From: Clostridium saccharobutylicum DSM 13864 | GTDB taxonomy: Bacteria > Bacillota > Clostridia > Clostridiales > Clostridiaceae | DNA: 24,000 nucleotides | Direction: 5' to 3' | Assembly (NCBI RefSeq): GCF_000473995.1 | Contig: NC_022571.1 | Location: 2,301,416-2,325,415, forward strand | Shown: positions 22,307-24,000 of the stretch, in pieces | How positions within the stretch are numbered: position 1 is the stretch's first letter | Layout of the letters: every line of letters starts with the position of its first letter | The notes under the pieces: generated by a model | Databases searched by the model: none | The model's input: the letters and a program-made list of their open reading frames with translations, nothing else | What the model was told of the DNA's origin: nothing | Position numbers and translations under genes: made by a program

Positions 22307-22417
22307 CGTAAGCGTCAAAATTTTGGCACCTTTAATATTTTTAAAAGAAGCAGTAAAATATCCTAGTAAGGCACGAATACGCTTTACTAGGATTAATTTA
22401 TTCCCTATCTTTAATTT

Positions 22418-22756
22418 TCATATTTTAGGAATCTTATTAGAGGAAGGCATAAGATTTTCCAAGCTATCGCTATAGGATAAATCTATCTTTGATAGATTAT
22501 CAAATAGATAGACTAAATACCTTTCTACAACTAGATTATTAGCTTTGGCACTTTCAACAATGCTATAAATATTAGCACTTGAAGTTGCACCTTTAGCAGT
22601 ATTTGCAAACAAGAAATTTTTTCTTCCTATAACAAAAGGTTTAATCGCTCTTTCAGCCGCATTATTATCAACTTCTAAACACCCATCTAATAATACATTT
22701 TTTAATCCTGGTAAATGCTTTTTAGCATAATCAAGTGCCTTACCTAAAGGGCTTCT
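22418..22756 (-). pseudogene. 3' fragment of the IS66-family transposase gene tnpC (no start codon, N-terminal part deleted)
   Basis: The minus-strand frame is open from 22756 and reads RSPLGKALDYAKKHLPGLKNVLLDGCLEVDNNAAERAIKPFVIGRKNFLFANTAKGATSSANIYSIVESAKANNL... This matches the conserved IS66 transposase C-terminus (DG.LEIDNN.AER.I.P...GRKN.LF....GA..SA.IYS..E.AK.N.L). Confidence 0.75.
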
Positions 22757-22866
22757 TTATCTAAATCAGCGATTATAACAATCATAATTAATCCATCACT
22801 GCTTTTTCTTAAATCTGTGTAGCCGCAGGCAAGATAAACTTTTTCTACTTTATCTATATTTAACAT
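22744..22866 (-). pseudogene. Truncated IS66 tnpB (orf2), first 40 codons only
   Basis: The minus-strand translation MLNIDKVEKVYLACGYTDLRKSSDGLIMIVIIADLDKEAL* carries the characteristic YLACGxTDxRKSxDGL motif, then stops at a TAG (22746-22744). Confidence 0.65.
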
Positions 22867-23162
22867 TTTGCCATCAGCTCCTTTATTATTGAAGATATCA
22901 ATAATATTTCACTTGAAGGGATATGTATTTTGGCTTTTCTAATTGATATTATAACTTCGTTTGCGGCTGATGTCTCAGTACTTTTTATAATGTTTGCATC
23001 TTCATTTAAAGATACAGCATGAAAAATTACAGTTTCTTTATTTATGTTTAGCTTTTTCTTGAAATAATGAAATTGACTTTTAGTCATATTTTTTCCTTTG
23101 CAAAAATTACTTAATCCCATATTTCCATTATAGGCATAAAATTCGTTTATAGTTTTTTTCAT
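22860..23162 (-). CDS. IS66-family accessory protein TnpA-like (orf1)
   Basis: 100 aa. Position and layout match IS66 orf1: about 100 nt inside the IR, an HTH-like N-terminus (GLSNFCKGKNMTKSQFHYFKKKL), and a stop overlapping the tnpB ATG (ATGTTAA). Confidence 0.6.
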   Translation of the reverse strand: MKKTINEFYAYNGNMGLSNFCKGKNMTKSQFHYFKKKLNINKETVIFHAVSLNEDANIIKSTETSAANEVIISIRKAKIHIPSSEILLISSIIKELMAKC

Positions 23163-23485
23163 AAGTTATGGTTCGATTCTTTTCCCATAAAAAACACTTC
23201 CTTTAAGAATAGAATTTTTCTATATTTTATCAAAGGAAGTGCTTATATTCTATTTACTGAATTTTTGACGCTTACAAAACATCTACAGTATAGAACAATA
23301 TATATCAAAATAATAAAGAGGATTTTATGAGAGTAAAAATAAACAGAAGCGTTATAGGTGAAAATTCAATTTTAATGTGTAGGTCATCTAGTGTATTTTT
23401 AGCTTTCAATAAATCATCGTGAAAACGTTAAAACAATACTTGACTAATGCAAGTTTTGGTAATATTCTTAATATATAAGAAAATA

Positions 23486-23497
23486 TGAAACGTTTCA
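23486..23497. promoter_or_regulatory. Perfect 12-bp palindrome resembling a LacI-family operator half-site pair
   Basis: TGAAACGTTTCA is self-complementary around a central CG. A related TGAAAACGTTA lies at 23420-23430 and a TTGACT hexamer at 23440-23445. No downstream gene is visible in the window. Confidence 0.25.
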
Positions 23498-24000
23498 ATT
23501 TTTAAATTTACTAAAAATAGCAGTTCATTTATCCGCACTAATAGGATTGATTAGTTATTCAAATGGATTTTCATTGATATAAATAAATATTGTATTGCTG
23601 TAAGTTAGAATTAACATTCAAATGTATTTAAGGAAATGGATAAACTTCGCAGAATAATTTAGTCATTTTTAAAGTATGTAAATATATTGAGAAATTAGAT
23701 AAAAGGTGTGTCAATAAGAATTATCAGTGTGTAATTTAAAAAAGTGTATCAGTATCAATGCAAATAGTTTCCATGTACAGGTATGTGAAAAACTAACTAT
23801 TTGTATCAAATGGTAGTTACGGAAGTAAGATATTGTATCTCCTCCAATCTTTAGTTTGAGTTAATCGCTATTTTTTTATAAAGTTTTGTTAAACTACGCT
23901 GTGTAATTGTATACATGTAAGGATTTCTCAAGTTGAGTTAACATGCAGTTTTTTGAAACTTATGATGTTAGATAAAATGTAATATATTAAAACTACACAT

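Larger units (their letters stand above)
22308..23275 (-). mobile_element. IS66-family element with a large internal deletion (968 bp remnant, both ends present)
   Basis: Terminal inverted repeats are GTAAGCGTCAAAA (22308-22320) and its exact reverse complement TTTTGACGCTTAC (23263-23275). GTAAGCG-type ends are typical of IS66. The interior carries a tnpA-like ORF, the first 40 codons of tnpB and only the C-terminal part of tnpC. Confidence 0.75.

Noticed and set aside
23327-23422. 31-codon ORF (MRVKINRSVIGENSILMCRSSSVFLAFNKSS) with an AGAGGA 4-5 nt upstream
   Set aside because: The spacing is short, no motif is present, and such ORFs are expected by chance in 700 bp. I cannot support it from the sequence alone.

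Overview
AT-rich window, probably from a low-GC Firmicute (Clostridia-like codon usage, GGAGG-type ribosome binding sites). Nt 1-20482 hold 21 co-directional plus-strand genes with five start/stop overlaps, forming one large chemosensory locus. In order: an MCP with two tandem signalling domains (5' end off-window), a triple-CheW protein, CheB, a HEAT-repeat protein, CheR, a CheY-like receiver, a CheA with two HPt domains, CheY and two overlapping CheX/CheC-like phosphatases. Next comes a complete stressosome module: RsbR, RsbS, RsbT and an RsbT-like/RsbX phosphatase fusion. It is followed by a sensor-less histidine kinase, a protein with a CheA-like HPt N-terminus and a STAS-like C-terminus, and a stand-alone receiver. 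The locus ends with a 75-aa ORF, a ParA-type ATPase overlapping a second triple-CheW gene that has a Lys-rich N-terminal tail, a putatively structured leader and a third CheY. No sigma factor, RsbU/V/W, GGDEF or DNA-binding output domain is visible. The main hypothesis is a stressosome wired into a cytoplasmic, ParA-positioned chemoreceptor array. I know of no characterised example, and all domain calls rest on motif recognition by eye. The right end (20.8-23.3 kb) is an IS landing pad: an apparently intact IS256-family element with an 8-bp target duplication, inserted 1 bp from the end of an internally deleted IS66-family element. It is followed by about 725 bp with no ORF of 60 aa or more in the supplied track. 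No rRNA, tRNA or CRISPR array was seen.
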